DNA of 32,606 bases from a virus. How positions within the stretch are numbered: position 1 is the stretch's first letter; the number at the start of each line of letters is the position of its first letter. The stretch lies in the IMG/VR virus record IMGVR_UViG_3300045988_160698, one strand, 5' to 3'. This document shows positions 25,251-32,426 of the stretch, piece after piece. A program made the position numbers and the translations under genes. The notes under the pieces were generated by a model. The model was not told the DNA's origin, did not search any database, and saw only the letters and a list, made by a program, of their open reading frames with translations.

Positions 25251-26053
25251 TGAACACTCAGAATATCGAGCTTGATATCGATAAGCGCGGATGCGGAAAC
25301 AACTGCATCCGCATCGCCCAGGGCGAAAACGGCGGCACCACCATCAAGGCGCTCGTCTTCGACAACGGCGAGGAGTTCGCACTTGCCGGCTATACGGCTT
25401 ACCTGGTTGCACGTCTGCCCGATCGTATCCACTACTACAAGGGAACCGCCACGGTTTCCGGCAACACAGTAACGCACGTCTGTGAGGAATCGAAGTTGGC
25501 GTGCGTGCCAGGCTATACCGATGAAGCCTATTTCGAATTCACAAAGGGCTCGCAGACGGTGCAGACAGAGCGCTTCGCGCTTGACATCATGCGCGACGCC
25601 CGCGAGGGAAATACTCCGGCGAAGTCATGGGACAACGCAATAGAGGCGCTTGAGAAGCGCGCCGAAACTGCCGTCACCAAGGGAGAGCAGGCCGTCACCG
25701 ATGCGGGCAAGGCGCTGAATAACGCCAACGCTGCGGTCAACATCTGCAAGAGCGCCACGGACGCGGCCAACACCGCGACGGGCAAGGCGAACGCCGCGAC
25801 AAAGAGCGCCACAGATGCCGCTTCTGCCGCAAATACAGCCAAGGCGAACGCCGACACCGCAACCAATGCGGCGAACGCCGCGACAAACGCGGCTAACGCA
25901 TCCAAGGACAGCGCGGATCGGGCGGCAGCGGACGCGCGCAAAGCGGCTGAGGAAGCTCGTGGCTCCGTCAGCAGTGACATGAAGATCTATTTCAAGCGCG
26001 TGACCGATGCGCAGGGCAACTCGTGGCCTGTGTTGGTTGACATGACTATTTAG
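25250..26053 (+). CDS. Baseplate upper protein-like (BppU N-terminal-like) with an Ala/Asn/Thr-rich coiled-coil stalk
   Basis: The N-terminus (IELDIDKRG...IRIAQGENGGTTIKALVFDNGE.F.L.GYTA) resembles BppU_N. Residues about 145-235 are low-complexity (A/N/T/K) heptad-like sequence. Confidence 0.55.
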   Translation: MNTQNIELDIDKRGCGNNCIRIAQGENGGTTIKALVFDNGEEFALAGYTAYLVARLPDRIHYYKGTATVSGNTVTHVCEESKLACVPGYTDEAYFEFTKGSQTVQTERFALDIMRDAREGNTPAKSWDNAIEALEKRAETAVTKGEQAVTDAGKALNNANAAVNICKSATDAANTATGKANAATKSATDAASAANTAKANADTATNAANAATNAANASKDSADRAAADARKAAEEARGSVSSDMKIYFKRVTDAQGNSWPVLVDMTI

Positions 26054-26064
26054 GAGGTCAAAGG

Positions 26065-27624
26065 ATGGATTTTACTTTTCCGCGAAACGAGACGTTTGAG
26101 CGCATCGCCGTCGCGCTTGAAGGCATGGGTGCATCGGCGGTGCCGAAGTTCAGCGAGGAAACTGGGCGCTACGACAATGCATCCATCGACGCATGGCTCG
26201 CTCGTATGCGAGACGGGAAGAACTACGGCGTTAGCATCCCGAAGGGCAGCTCAACCGCCTGCACCAAGACAGGCGCGAACGCCGGCATCGCCAACCCCAA
26301 GCCCGGCGTCATCGGGCGCGCGGCGATCGACCCGTACGTCAACCAAGGCGCGTTCTTCTTCGTGGAAGTCAACGGCGGCGTGGATGCCGACGGCACTCCG
26401 TACGTAACGGCAATCGACGGCGATGGCCGCTTCTCGCGTCTCGACGATACATGGGTCTTGACGCCGGTGCTTTACACTCTTGAGAGCGAGACCGATGATG
26501 CGGTTACCCTCACCGTTTCGGACACACGCCAGCCGGGCATGAAGCGGCAGCCCGCCGCGCTGCTGCCGAACGGTGCGCAGCGTCCTTATATGTTGTATGC
26601 AAAGTATGCACTGTCGGTCGACGCCGACGGCAAGCCGCGAAGCGTGAGCGGCGCTGCGGTCAAGACACGCAGCGTGAGCCACGATAGCGGCATCGGCCTG
26701 ATGAAGACCGCGAGCACCGGCGATTCACTCAAGGTCGCAGCCGATGACTGGTACGTCAAGACGATGTTCCTGCTCAAGTATGCGACGAAGAACAGCCAGA
26801 GTATCTTTACCGGATGCACCGGATACGACATCACCGCCACTCCGACACTCGCTGAAAGCAACACCACGAGGGTCGTTATCGCCAAGGACAAGGCCGATCA
26901 GATTCTAATCGGCTCCGCGATGATGTTCGGCACACATACTGGCACGAGTACCGACCGCGGCTACGATTACAACTGCGATATCTTCGATGGAGCGAGGGTC
27001 ACCAAGAAGGTTGCCGTCGACGCATCCAATGTGGCAGTCTATTTCGATGTCGCTAAGCCCTTCTCGACCGCTACGACCTATCAGCTCGCAACCGCACCGT
27101 GGAACACCGGCTCTTGCGACATGGTTGAGGGCGACGGATCGCCGACGAGCTGCACGGACGGAAAGCAGCCCTTTGTCGTTCAGGGTATCGAGCTCGGGCT
27201 TGGAATGCTTGAGGTTCTTGGAAACGTCCTCATCCAGTACACAGGTACTGGCGCGATCGTTTACGTGAACCCGGACACTAAGAACGAGAAGGCCGGCAGC
27301 TCACCGGACAGCGCGCTGTCTGCCGGGGCTTTTCCCGGGCAAGCAGCTGAGGGATGGAATTACGCTCTTTACTGCAAGACGGTCAACGGCCTGATGATTC
27401 AGCAGGGAACGGGTGCGTCGACTTCTGTTGGCATCTGCGACGGCAACTACAAGGTCGCGGACACTACAGTCGGCTGGAGAGAGTGGCCTTCTCTCGGCAC
27501 TTTGGGGTACGGGGCTCTCGGCGGTCTTTGGTTCGTCCCCGGCTACAACGGCGCCGGCGACGCCGGGTGGCACATCGGCTCGCGCCGCTCTGCCAATGGT
27601 CGCTCTAGGGGTGAAGCGGCGTAA
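26065..27624 (+). CDS. Receptor-binding tail fibre protein; DGR target gene carrying the variable region at its C-terminus
   Basis: 519 aa with a TAGGAGG RBS. Last structural gene of the tail module. Its last ~45 codons contain the VR, which is the repeat of the TR downstream. The motif GGLW......G...G....W.IG.R resembles the C-type-lectin-like ends of known DGR targets. Confidence 0.85.
   Translation: MDFTFPRNETFERIAVALEGMGASAVPKFSEETGRYDNASIDAWLARMRDGKNYGVSIPKGSSTACTKTGANAGIANPKPGVIGRAAIDPYVNQGAFFFVEVNGGVDADGTPYVTAIDGDGRFSRLDDTWVLTPVLYTLESETDDAVTLTVSDTRQPGMKRQPAALLPNGAQRPYMLYAKYALSVDADGKPRSVSGAAVKTRSVSHDSGIGLMKTASTGDSLKVAADDWYVKTMFLLKYATKNSQSIFTGCTGYDITATPTLAESNTTRVVIAKDKADQILIGSAMMFGTHTGTSTDRGYDYNCDIFDGARVTKKVAVDASNVAVYFDVAKPFSTATTYQLATAPWNTGSCDMVEGDGSPTSCTDGKQPFVVQGIELGLGMLEVLGNVLIQYTGTGAIVYVNPDTKNEKAGSSPDSALSAGAFPGQAAEGWNYALYCKTVNGLMIQQGTGASTSVGICDGNYKVADTTVGWREWPSLGTLGYGALGGLWFVPGYNGAGDAGWHIGSRRSANGRSRGEAA
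27484..27588 (+). repeat. DGR variable region (VR)
   Basis: Aligns with 27694-27798 at a constant offset of 210 bp. Over the 103-bp core (27484-27586) there are 16 mismatches. Of these, 14 fall at positions where the TR has A. Confidence 0.9.
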
Positions 27625-27646
27625 GCCGCGAGGGGACTTGTCCCCT
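27616..27646. promoter_or_regulatory. Two tandem GC-rich tetraloop hairpins just downstream of VR (candidate DGR target-recognition structure)
   Basis: GCGGC-gtaa-GCCGC (27616-27629; the target stop codon lies in the loop). AGGGGA-cttg-TCCCCT (27631-27646). Confidence 0.5.
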
Positions 27647-27693
27647 TATGAAAACAAGCAGGGATTCGCGGCGCGCGGGCTGTCATGTTCTGT

Positions 27694-27798
27694 TGGCTTT
27701 CTCTCGGCAACTTGAGGAACAGGGCTAACGGCGGTCTTTGGTACGTCAACGGCAACAACGGCACCGGCAACGCCAGGTGGAACATCGGCTCGCGCCTA
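27694..27798 (+). repeat. DGR template repeat (TR)
   Basis: Invariant-copy candidate. It contains 22 adenines, all at codon positions 1 or 2 when read in the VR frame (8 AAC codons). It lies between the target gene and the RT gene. The 70-aa track ORF 27685-27897 is an artefact of this repeat. Confidence 0.9.
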
Positions 27799-27977
27799 TC
27801 TGGACAAAACAAGCAATCATTCCAGCTACACATTTACTTCCGCCGCGACTACCCGCCGCCGCTGGTGGCGAGCGGGCATTTGGCCTGGGTCAACTGACTG
27901 AAATGGCTTTAAGACCACTGGGTTAGTAGCTGATAGGTGAAACCTCAGACAGTATCCAGAGAGAAACGGTCTGACAA

Positions 27978-29156
27978 TTGAAGACATATTGCAGAGGGCT
28001 TCGCATAGACGGAGCCCTCATTTATAGAGCTTACGGTAATTGGCTTAAGGCACCGGCAGGCAAGAAGAACGCCTGGCGCGTGCCGATTGAATACGGCAGC
28101 GTGGCTTCGCTTCTGGCTGAGATCGAGGGCGAGATTTACCATCGCTCGCTGACATTTCAACCGATCAGACGTCATTGGTACCGTGAGCCAACCAACGGAA
28201 AACTACGGCTCATCGGCGTGGAGAGCGTCAAGCAGCAGGTCTGTGATTACGTCGCAATTGAAGCTCTTCATGACCTGTTGCACGCTAAGGTCGGATTCTG
28301 GCAGGTTTCGAGCGTCAAGGGCAAGGGGCAGACTATGGCGGCGAATGCCGTGAGCCGCTGGTCTCAGGAGGGCGGCTATTTCGTCCACCTTGACATTCGC
28401 AAATGCTATCCGTCAATCAAGACAGACGTGGTGATGGGTGTCCTTCGCCATTACGTGCGGAGTCCCGATGTCATGTATATATGCAGGACGCTGCTCTCCA
28501 CATACGATGACGGGCTTGAGATCGGCAGCTACTTCAGTCTCCGCATGGCGCAGCTCGTTCTGTCCTTTGGCTACCACTCCATAGAGGGCATGCATAAGGT
28601 GCGGCGAGGCAACAGCGTCGCAATGGTGTCGCATCAGCTTTGGTACGCAGATGACATCTATCTATTCAGCCAGGACAAGCGCAACTTGCGCAGCGCCGCG
28701 AGGGAATTGCAAAGGTTCCTCCTTAAGCGCTACGGACTGCATCTCAAGGCATGGAAAATCTGCCGCATATCGAACGATGAGCCGGTGGATGTCGTCGGGT
28801 TCACAGTGCGACCAAACCGCGTGACGCTGCGACCCTCGCTGTTCCTGCGCGCGTGCCGGGCATATCGGAAATACAGGCGATTGCCCACTCTCAAGCGCGC
28901 GAGGCGCGTGACGAGCTACAACGGCTGGTTCAAGCACTCAGATTCGAGCAGCCTGGTTAGGGACAACGGATTTGACCAGGTATTCAAAAAGGCAAGGCGG
29001 CACGTGAGTGCTGCGGGAAGGAAGAAACATGAGTTATCAGACAGTATCGGCAACGCCGCTCGCACCTGTAATGATCGAAGCGCGTGCCGACGGCCTCACG
29101 TCCGACGTGTGGCTGCGCAAGAACATCCAGAAGGACGTTGCAGACAACGGCATTGA
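27978..29156 (+). CDS. Reverse transcriptase (DGR-type, divergent)
   Basis: RT motifs KLRLIGVESVKQQVCDYVAIEAL, SSVKGKGQTMAA, LDIRKCYPSI, LEIGSYFSLRMAQ and the catalytic LWYADDIYLF. The only available start is TTG at 27978, directly after an in-frame TGA. The 3' end overlaps the next gene by 128 nt. Confidence 0.88.
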   Translation: MKTYCRGLRIDGALIYRAYGNWLKAPAGKKNAWRVPIEYGSVASLLAEIEGEIYHRSLTFQPIRRHWYREPTNGKLRLIGVESVKQQVCDYVAIEALHDLLHAKVGFWQVSSVKGKGQTMAANAVSRWSQEGGYFVHLDIRKCYPSIKTDVVMGVLRHYVRSPDVMYICRTLLSTYDDGLEIGSYFSLRMAQLVLSFGYHSIEGMHKVRRGNSVAMVSHQLWYADDIYLFSQDKRNLRSAARELQRFLLKRYGLHLKAWKICRISNDEPVDVVGFTVRPNRVTLRPSLFLRACRAYRKYRRLPTLKRARRVTSYNGWFKHSDSSSLVRDNGFDQVFKKARRHVSAAGRKKHELSDSIGNAARTCNDRSACRRPHVRRVAAQEHPEGRCRQRH

Positions 29157-29400
29157 CTCTGGTAAAGCCATCGAGTTCTACCGAGCCGATGAGATTCAAT
29201 TCGTACAGGCGGGAGTCCCGACTCTCGACGGCATCACCGCCGCATTCGACGAGCTCTGGGCAGCGCACGAGGATGACGGTCTCAGCGACACCGAGCGCAT
29301 CGACAAGATCATCGAGTCGCTTTCCGCGACGAGGGCGGCACTCGAAGACACCAATGCCGCGCTGCTGGAGATCGGTGACATCGTTGGAGGCGAAGAGTGA
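29029..29400 (+). CDS. Hypothetical acidic protein (XkdW-like position)
   Basis: ATG at 29029 follows GGAAGGAAG. 123 aa and acidic. Precedes the XkdX-like ORF and the holin. Confidence 0.55.
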   Translation: MSYQTVSATPLAPVMIEARADGLTSDVWLRKNIQKDVADNGIDSGKAIEFYRADEIQFVQAGVPTLDGITAAFDELWAAHEDDGLSDTERIDKIIESLSATRAALEDTNAALLEIGDIVGGEE

Positions 29401-29525
29401 TGGCGAAAATCTACTTCGAAGCCGTCAAAGACGAAAGGCGCACGCTTGAGAGCGTACCGAAGCGCTGGCGCGCTGCCGTGGCGGAACTGCTGAAAGCATT
29501 CAAAGACACTGACCAGGAGGAATAA
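29400..29525 (+). CDS. XkdX-like small protein (41 aa); too short for the ORF track
   Basis: My own translation: MAKIYFEAVKDERRTLESVPKRWRAAVAELLKAFKDTDQEE. Its ATG overlaps the upstream TGA. The pattern (...RTLE.VP...R..V..LL) and the position before the holin match XkdX-type proteins. Confidence 0.5.
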   Translation: MAKIYFEAVKDERRTLESVPKRWRAAVAELLKAFKDTDQEE

Positions 29526-29529
29526 TCAA

Positions 29530-29949
29530 ATGGATCTCGCACCTATCTACACGTTCACCGAGCAGCAGGTATGGGCCATCGCTGGCGCATTCATCCTCAT
29601 GCTCTTCGACATGGTGAGCGGCATCATTCAGGCAGTCATGAACCGTGAGTTCCGCAGCTCCACGATGCGCACCGGACTCGGCCACAAGGCGGTGCTGGCG
29701 CTTATCATCTTGCTCGCAATCTGTATCGAAATCCTCAGCGCCCACGTTGCCGGCCTTGGCTTCGGCGGCGTGACAATCTACGTGGTGTGCGTCGCAACCA
29801 TCATCATGGAGGTCGCGAGCATCATGGAGAACCTCTGCAAGGCTTATCCCGAGCTTGCAGACCTTCCGGTCATGAAGATCTTCGAGCATGCGGACGCGGA
29901 TGCGGTCAACCCTAAGACGGTCGCAGATGAAGTGTACAAGCGCGGCTAG
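29530..29949 (+). CDS. Holin (phage_holin_4_1 / toxin-secretion holin-like)
   Basis: 139 aa with three hydrophobic helices (WAIAGAFILMLFDMVSGIIQA, AVLALIILLAICIEIL, GVTIYVVCVATIIMEVASI). AGGAGG RBS. Sits directly upstream of the lysins. Confidence 0.8.
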   Translation: MDLAPIYTFTEQQVWAIAGAFILMLFDMVSGIIQAVMNREFRSSTMRTGLGHKAVLALIILLAICIEILSAHVAGLGFGGVTIYVVCVATIIMEVASIMENLCKAYPELADLPVMKIFEHADADAVNPKTVADEVYKRG

Positions 29950-30631
29950 GCTCCGGCTCGCGGCAGCGCTGCTTCTTGGCATTGCAGTCGGCTTCAGCAC
30001 TTGGATCGGCATCGCAGCTCAGCATGTGCAGTCAGACAGTATAAGCAGTGTAAAGACCTACGAGCGCGGATACAGCGACGGAGTTCAGGACGCGCAGCCA
30101 ATTTACGACAAGAGTGATTCTAAAAAGAGCGGCTATATGCCGCTCTTTTTGCAAAAAGACCCGCAATGGTCATCGACCGCCTATAGCGACGAGACCATCG
30201 GCACCTACGGGTGCGGCCTCACGTGTGCCGCCATGGCGCTGAGCTACGAGCAGGGCGCGCCGGTGACACCGGATGCCCTCGCAAACATCGTAGGCGATTC
30301 GTGCCTTACAGACCGAGTAAACGACATGGCGAAGTTCACGCAGTTCACCCACGACAGATACGGATATGACCGAGTTGACACCTTCTGGGGCACGGACAGT
30401 GCCCTCGATTATGTCGACGACGGATGGATCGTATTCGCCGGAGTTAGTGGTCAGCTGGGAGACCGTGAATACGGCAGCCACGTCGTGATGATCTGGCGTG
30501 CGAACGATGACGGGACGTATGCGCTACGTGACCCGGACGATGGAGCCAACTCAATCAAAACATGGACAAGGGAAGAGCTCGAAGCCGTCTACTTCGGCTC
30601 ATTTAACGCTATTAGAGGTGATGCGCGATGA
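29927..30631 (+). CDS. Membrane-anchored C39-like (papain-fold) cysteine peptidase, putative second endolysin
   Basis: N-terminal signal-anchor (RLRLAAALLLGIAVGFSTWIGIAA). The pattern PLFLQKDPQWS...GTYGCGLTCAAMALSY...GSHVVMIW resembles Peptidase_C39_2. The start may be 29888 or 29927; both lie inside the holin 3' end. Confidence 0.6.
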   Translation: MKCTSAARLRLAAALLLGIAVGFSTWIGIAAQHVQSDSISSVKTYERGYSDGVQDAQPIYDKSDSKKSGYMPLFLQKDPQWSSTAYSDETIGTYGCGLTCAAMALSYEQGAPVTPDALANIVGDSCLTDRVNDMAKFTQFTHDRYGYDRVDTFWGTDSALDYVDDGWIVFAGVSGQLGDREYGSHVVMIWRANDDGTYALRDPDDGANSIKTWTREELEAVYFGSFNAIRGDAR

Positions 30632-31656
30632 CGATGAAGGGCATCGACATTTCTGATTATCAGCGAGGTCTCGACCTCACTAAAATCGATTACGATTTCG
30701 TATTCTGCAAGGCGACCGAGGGCATCGATAAGGTTTATTCGACTTGCGACCCGTTTATCCAGACGGCGATCAGCCAGAAGAAACTCTATGGCTTCTACCA
30801 TTTCCTTGACCAGTCCGACCCGGTAAAGCAGGCCGAGTTCTTCTACGCCAACTGCAAGAACTACTTCGGCAAAGGTATCCCGATGCTCGACTACGAAGCA
30901 TACGGTCGCATCGGAACCGATAAGGCGAAGCTGTTCCTGGATAAGATCTACGAGCTCACCGGCGTTCGCTGCATCGTCTATATGAGTCGAAACGTCACCA
31001 CAGAGGAAGACTGGTCGCAGATTGCAAAGAACCACGCGCTCTGGGTCGCTCAATACGCTGGCAACAACGACACTGGATACCAAGATTCCCCTTGGCTTCC
31101 TGATGGTGGATTCGGTGCCTGGAACAGCTGCGTCATCCATCAGTACTCTTCTCACGGACGTTTGAACGGGTATGACAAATACCTCGATCTCGACATCGCA
31201 TACATGGACAAGCAGGCATGGTTTAAGTATGTTCATGGCGAGAGGGTTGAGACTGGTGGCGCGGCTGAGAATTGTCCTGATGGCTCTACTGCAAATCTCG
31301 CGGCAGCGGTCATGCGCGGGGAGTACGGCAATGGGGACGAGCGTCGCAAGCGCCTAGGCTCTCGACATGATGAGGTGCAGGCGCTAATCAACCGCGTCAG
31401 CTCATCCAGTGTCGACGATCTCGCCAAAGACGTGCTCAACGGAGTCTTCGGCAACGGCGATACGCGACGTGCCGTTCTTGGCTCGCGTTACGATGAGGTG
31501 CAGGCACGTGTCAACGCGCGCTCTTCAAGTGTTGACATCGACGCGCTCGCTCGCGCCGTGATTCGAGGTGAGTACGGTGACGGCAACGAGCGCTGCACCA
31601 AGCTCGGAGCAAACTTCGATGCGGTTCAAAAACGAGTAAACGAACTTCTTAAATAG
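30628..31656 (+). CDS. Endolysin: GH25 muramidase with three C-terminal CW_7 (Cpl-7-type) cell-wall-binding repeats
   Basis: GH25 N-terminus KGIDISDYQ...FVFCKATEG...YGFYHF. Three repeats of about 40 aa: V.RGEYGNGDERRKRLGSRHDEVQALINRV, VLNGVFGNGDTRRAVLGSRYDEVQARVNAR and VIRGEYGDGNERCTKLGANFDAVQKRVNEL. Confidence 0.9.
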   Translation: MTMKGIDISDYQRGLDLTKIDYDFVFCKATEGIDKVYSTCDPFIQTAISQKKLYGFYHFLDQSDPVKQAEFFYANCKNYFGKGIPMLDYEAYGRIGTDKAKLFLDKIYELTGVRCIVYMSRNVTTEEDWSQIAKNHALWVAQYAGNNDTGYQDSPWLPDGGFGAWNSCVIHQYSSHGRLNGYDKYLDLDIAYMDKQAWFKYVHGERVETGGAAENCPDGSTANLAAAVMRGEYGNGDERRKRLGSRHDEVQALINRVSSSSVDDLAKDVLNGVFGNGDTRRAVLGSRYDEVQARVNARSSSVDIDALARAVIRGEYGDGNERCTKLGANFDAVQKRVNELLK

Positions 31657-31666
31657 CATAGAAATG

Positions 31667-31699
31667 AGCCCGCACCCTGTAATGGGGTGCGGGCTTTTT
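31667..31699. terminator. Rho-independent terminator between convergent genes
   Basis: AGCCCGCACCC-7nt-GGGTGCGGGCT stem followed by TTTT. Located between the endolysin stop (31656) and the stop of the minus-strand gene (31704). Confidence 0.75.
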
Positions 31700-31703
31700 G
31701 AGT

Positions 31704-32219
31704 TTAGATGTCGAAATAGAACTCTCGCCACTTCTTAAGCTCTTCGTCGGTCATGCTTGCGGCGGAATCGTGCAGCTGATCTTCTGTCTTCGAGCGGTCA
31801 ATCATGACTTGCTCGACATAATTCAAGTTGAACCAAAGGGAACGGTCACTCTCGAACTCTACACCCTTGTCCATTAGCCATTCGAAGATTTCCTCAACGC
31901 TTCCGCCGTCGATTTCCGTCCACTCGCGATAGTCTCCAGTGCCCGAGATGTCAGCTTTCATGTCAACGCAACCGTCGACATACTCTCCGGAGATAGTGAT
32001 CGTCACGTCGCCTTCGTTGGCCGTCTCGAAAACGTAGGTCTTGAGGCTTTTCCTCGATTCCATATCCTTTCTGATGAGGTCTTTGATGTACTGGTTGCGG
32101 TTTTCTTTGCCTTGGAAGTATTCCAGGACTTCGGCATCAGACGGGAAGAACTTCACGTTGAACGACTTGACGTTCGCTTTACGGTACTTCTCCGTTGCCT
32201 TGCTTCGCGCATCTGCCAT
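31704..32219 (-). CDS. Ribbon-helix-helix (Arc/CopG-like) N-terminal domain fused to an acidic domain of unknown function
   Basis: The N-terminus ADARSKATEKYRKANVKSFNVKFFPSDAEVLEYFQGKENRNQYIKDLIRKDME has the beta-strand/helix/helix layout of RHH proteins. ATG at 32217-32219 follows AAAGGA. The remaining ~110 aa are rich in D and E. Sits between the lysis cassette and the integrase (moron position). Confidence 0.55.
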   Translation of the reverse strand: MADARSKATEKYRKANVKSFNVKFFPSDAEVLEYFQGKENRNQYIKDLIRKDMESRKSLKTYVFETANEGDVTITISGEYVDGCVDMKADISGTGDYREWTEIDGGSVEEIFEWLMDKGVEFESDRSLWFNLNYVEQVMIDRSKTEDQLHDSAASMTDEELKKWREFYFDI

Positions 32220-32265
32220 GCTGTATCCTTTCGCCAAAGGCTCTGGGCATCATTTCAAGGTGGGC

Positions 32266-32293
32266 GGGTTGCCCGCCGCCAAGCGGGCAACCC
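32266..32293. promoter_or_regulatory. Perfect 11-bp-stem hairpin in the 5' leader of the RHH gene
   Basis: GGGTTGCCCGC-cgccaa-GCGGGCAACCC. No U-tract on either strand. Confidence 0.4.
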
Positions 32294-32298
32294 TTCGC

Positions 32299-32373
32299 TT
32301 ACCGTCTGTTAAGAAGGCGGAAGCGGATTTGAACGGTGACTGCTAATCGCCAAACCCTGAACGTGATGCTCAT
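32299..32373 (-). CDS. Candidate 24-codon leader ORF or small peptide
   Basis: My own translation: MSITFRVWRLAVTVQIRFRLLNRR. AAGGAG lies 7 nt upstream of the ATG. The stop lies 5 nt before the hairpin at 32266-32293. Confidence 0.25.
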   Translation of the reverse strand: MSITFRVWRLAVTVQIRFRLLNRR

Positions 32374-32426
32374 TGCCTTGCTCCTTTCTGTCTTTCGAAA
32401 AGCCTTATTGCCTTTCGACACTTATT

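Noticed and set aside
25680-25960. GC(N)AA(Y)GC(N)-type low-complexity DNA, considered as a possible tandem-repeat or phase-variation tract
   Set aside because: No exact unit repeats. It simply encodes the Ala/Asn/Thr-rich coiled-coil stalk of the BppU-like protein.
27685-27897. 70-aa ORF resembling the C-terminus of the tail fibre
   Set aside because: It is the DGR template repeat read in the VR frame (WLSLGNLRNRANGGLWYVNGNNGTGNARWNIGSRLS). It has no RBS. TRs act as RNA templates, not as genes.
29029-29400. Possible Avd accessory gene for the DGR (small ORF next to the RT)
   Set aside because: The protein is strongly acidic, while known Avd proteins are basic helical bundles. Together with the following 41-aa XkdX-like ORF it occupies the conserved XkdW/XkdX position before the holin. 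A profile search is still worth running.
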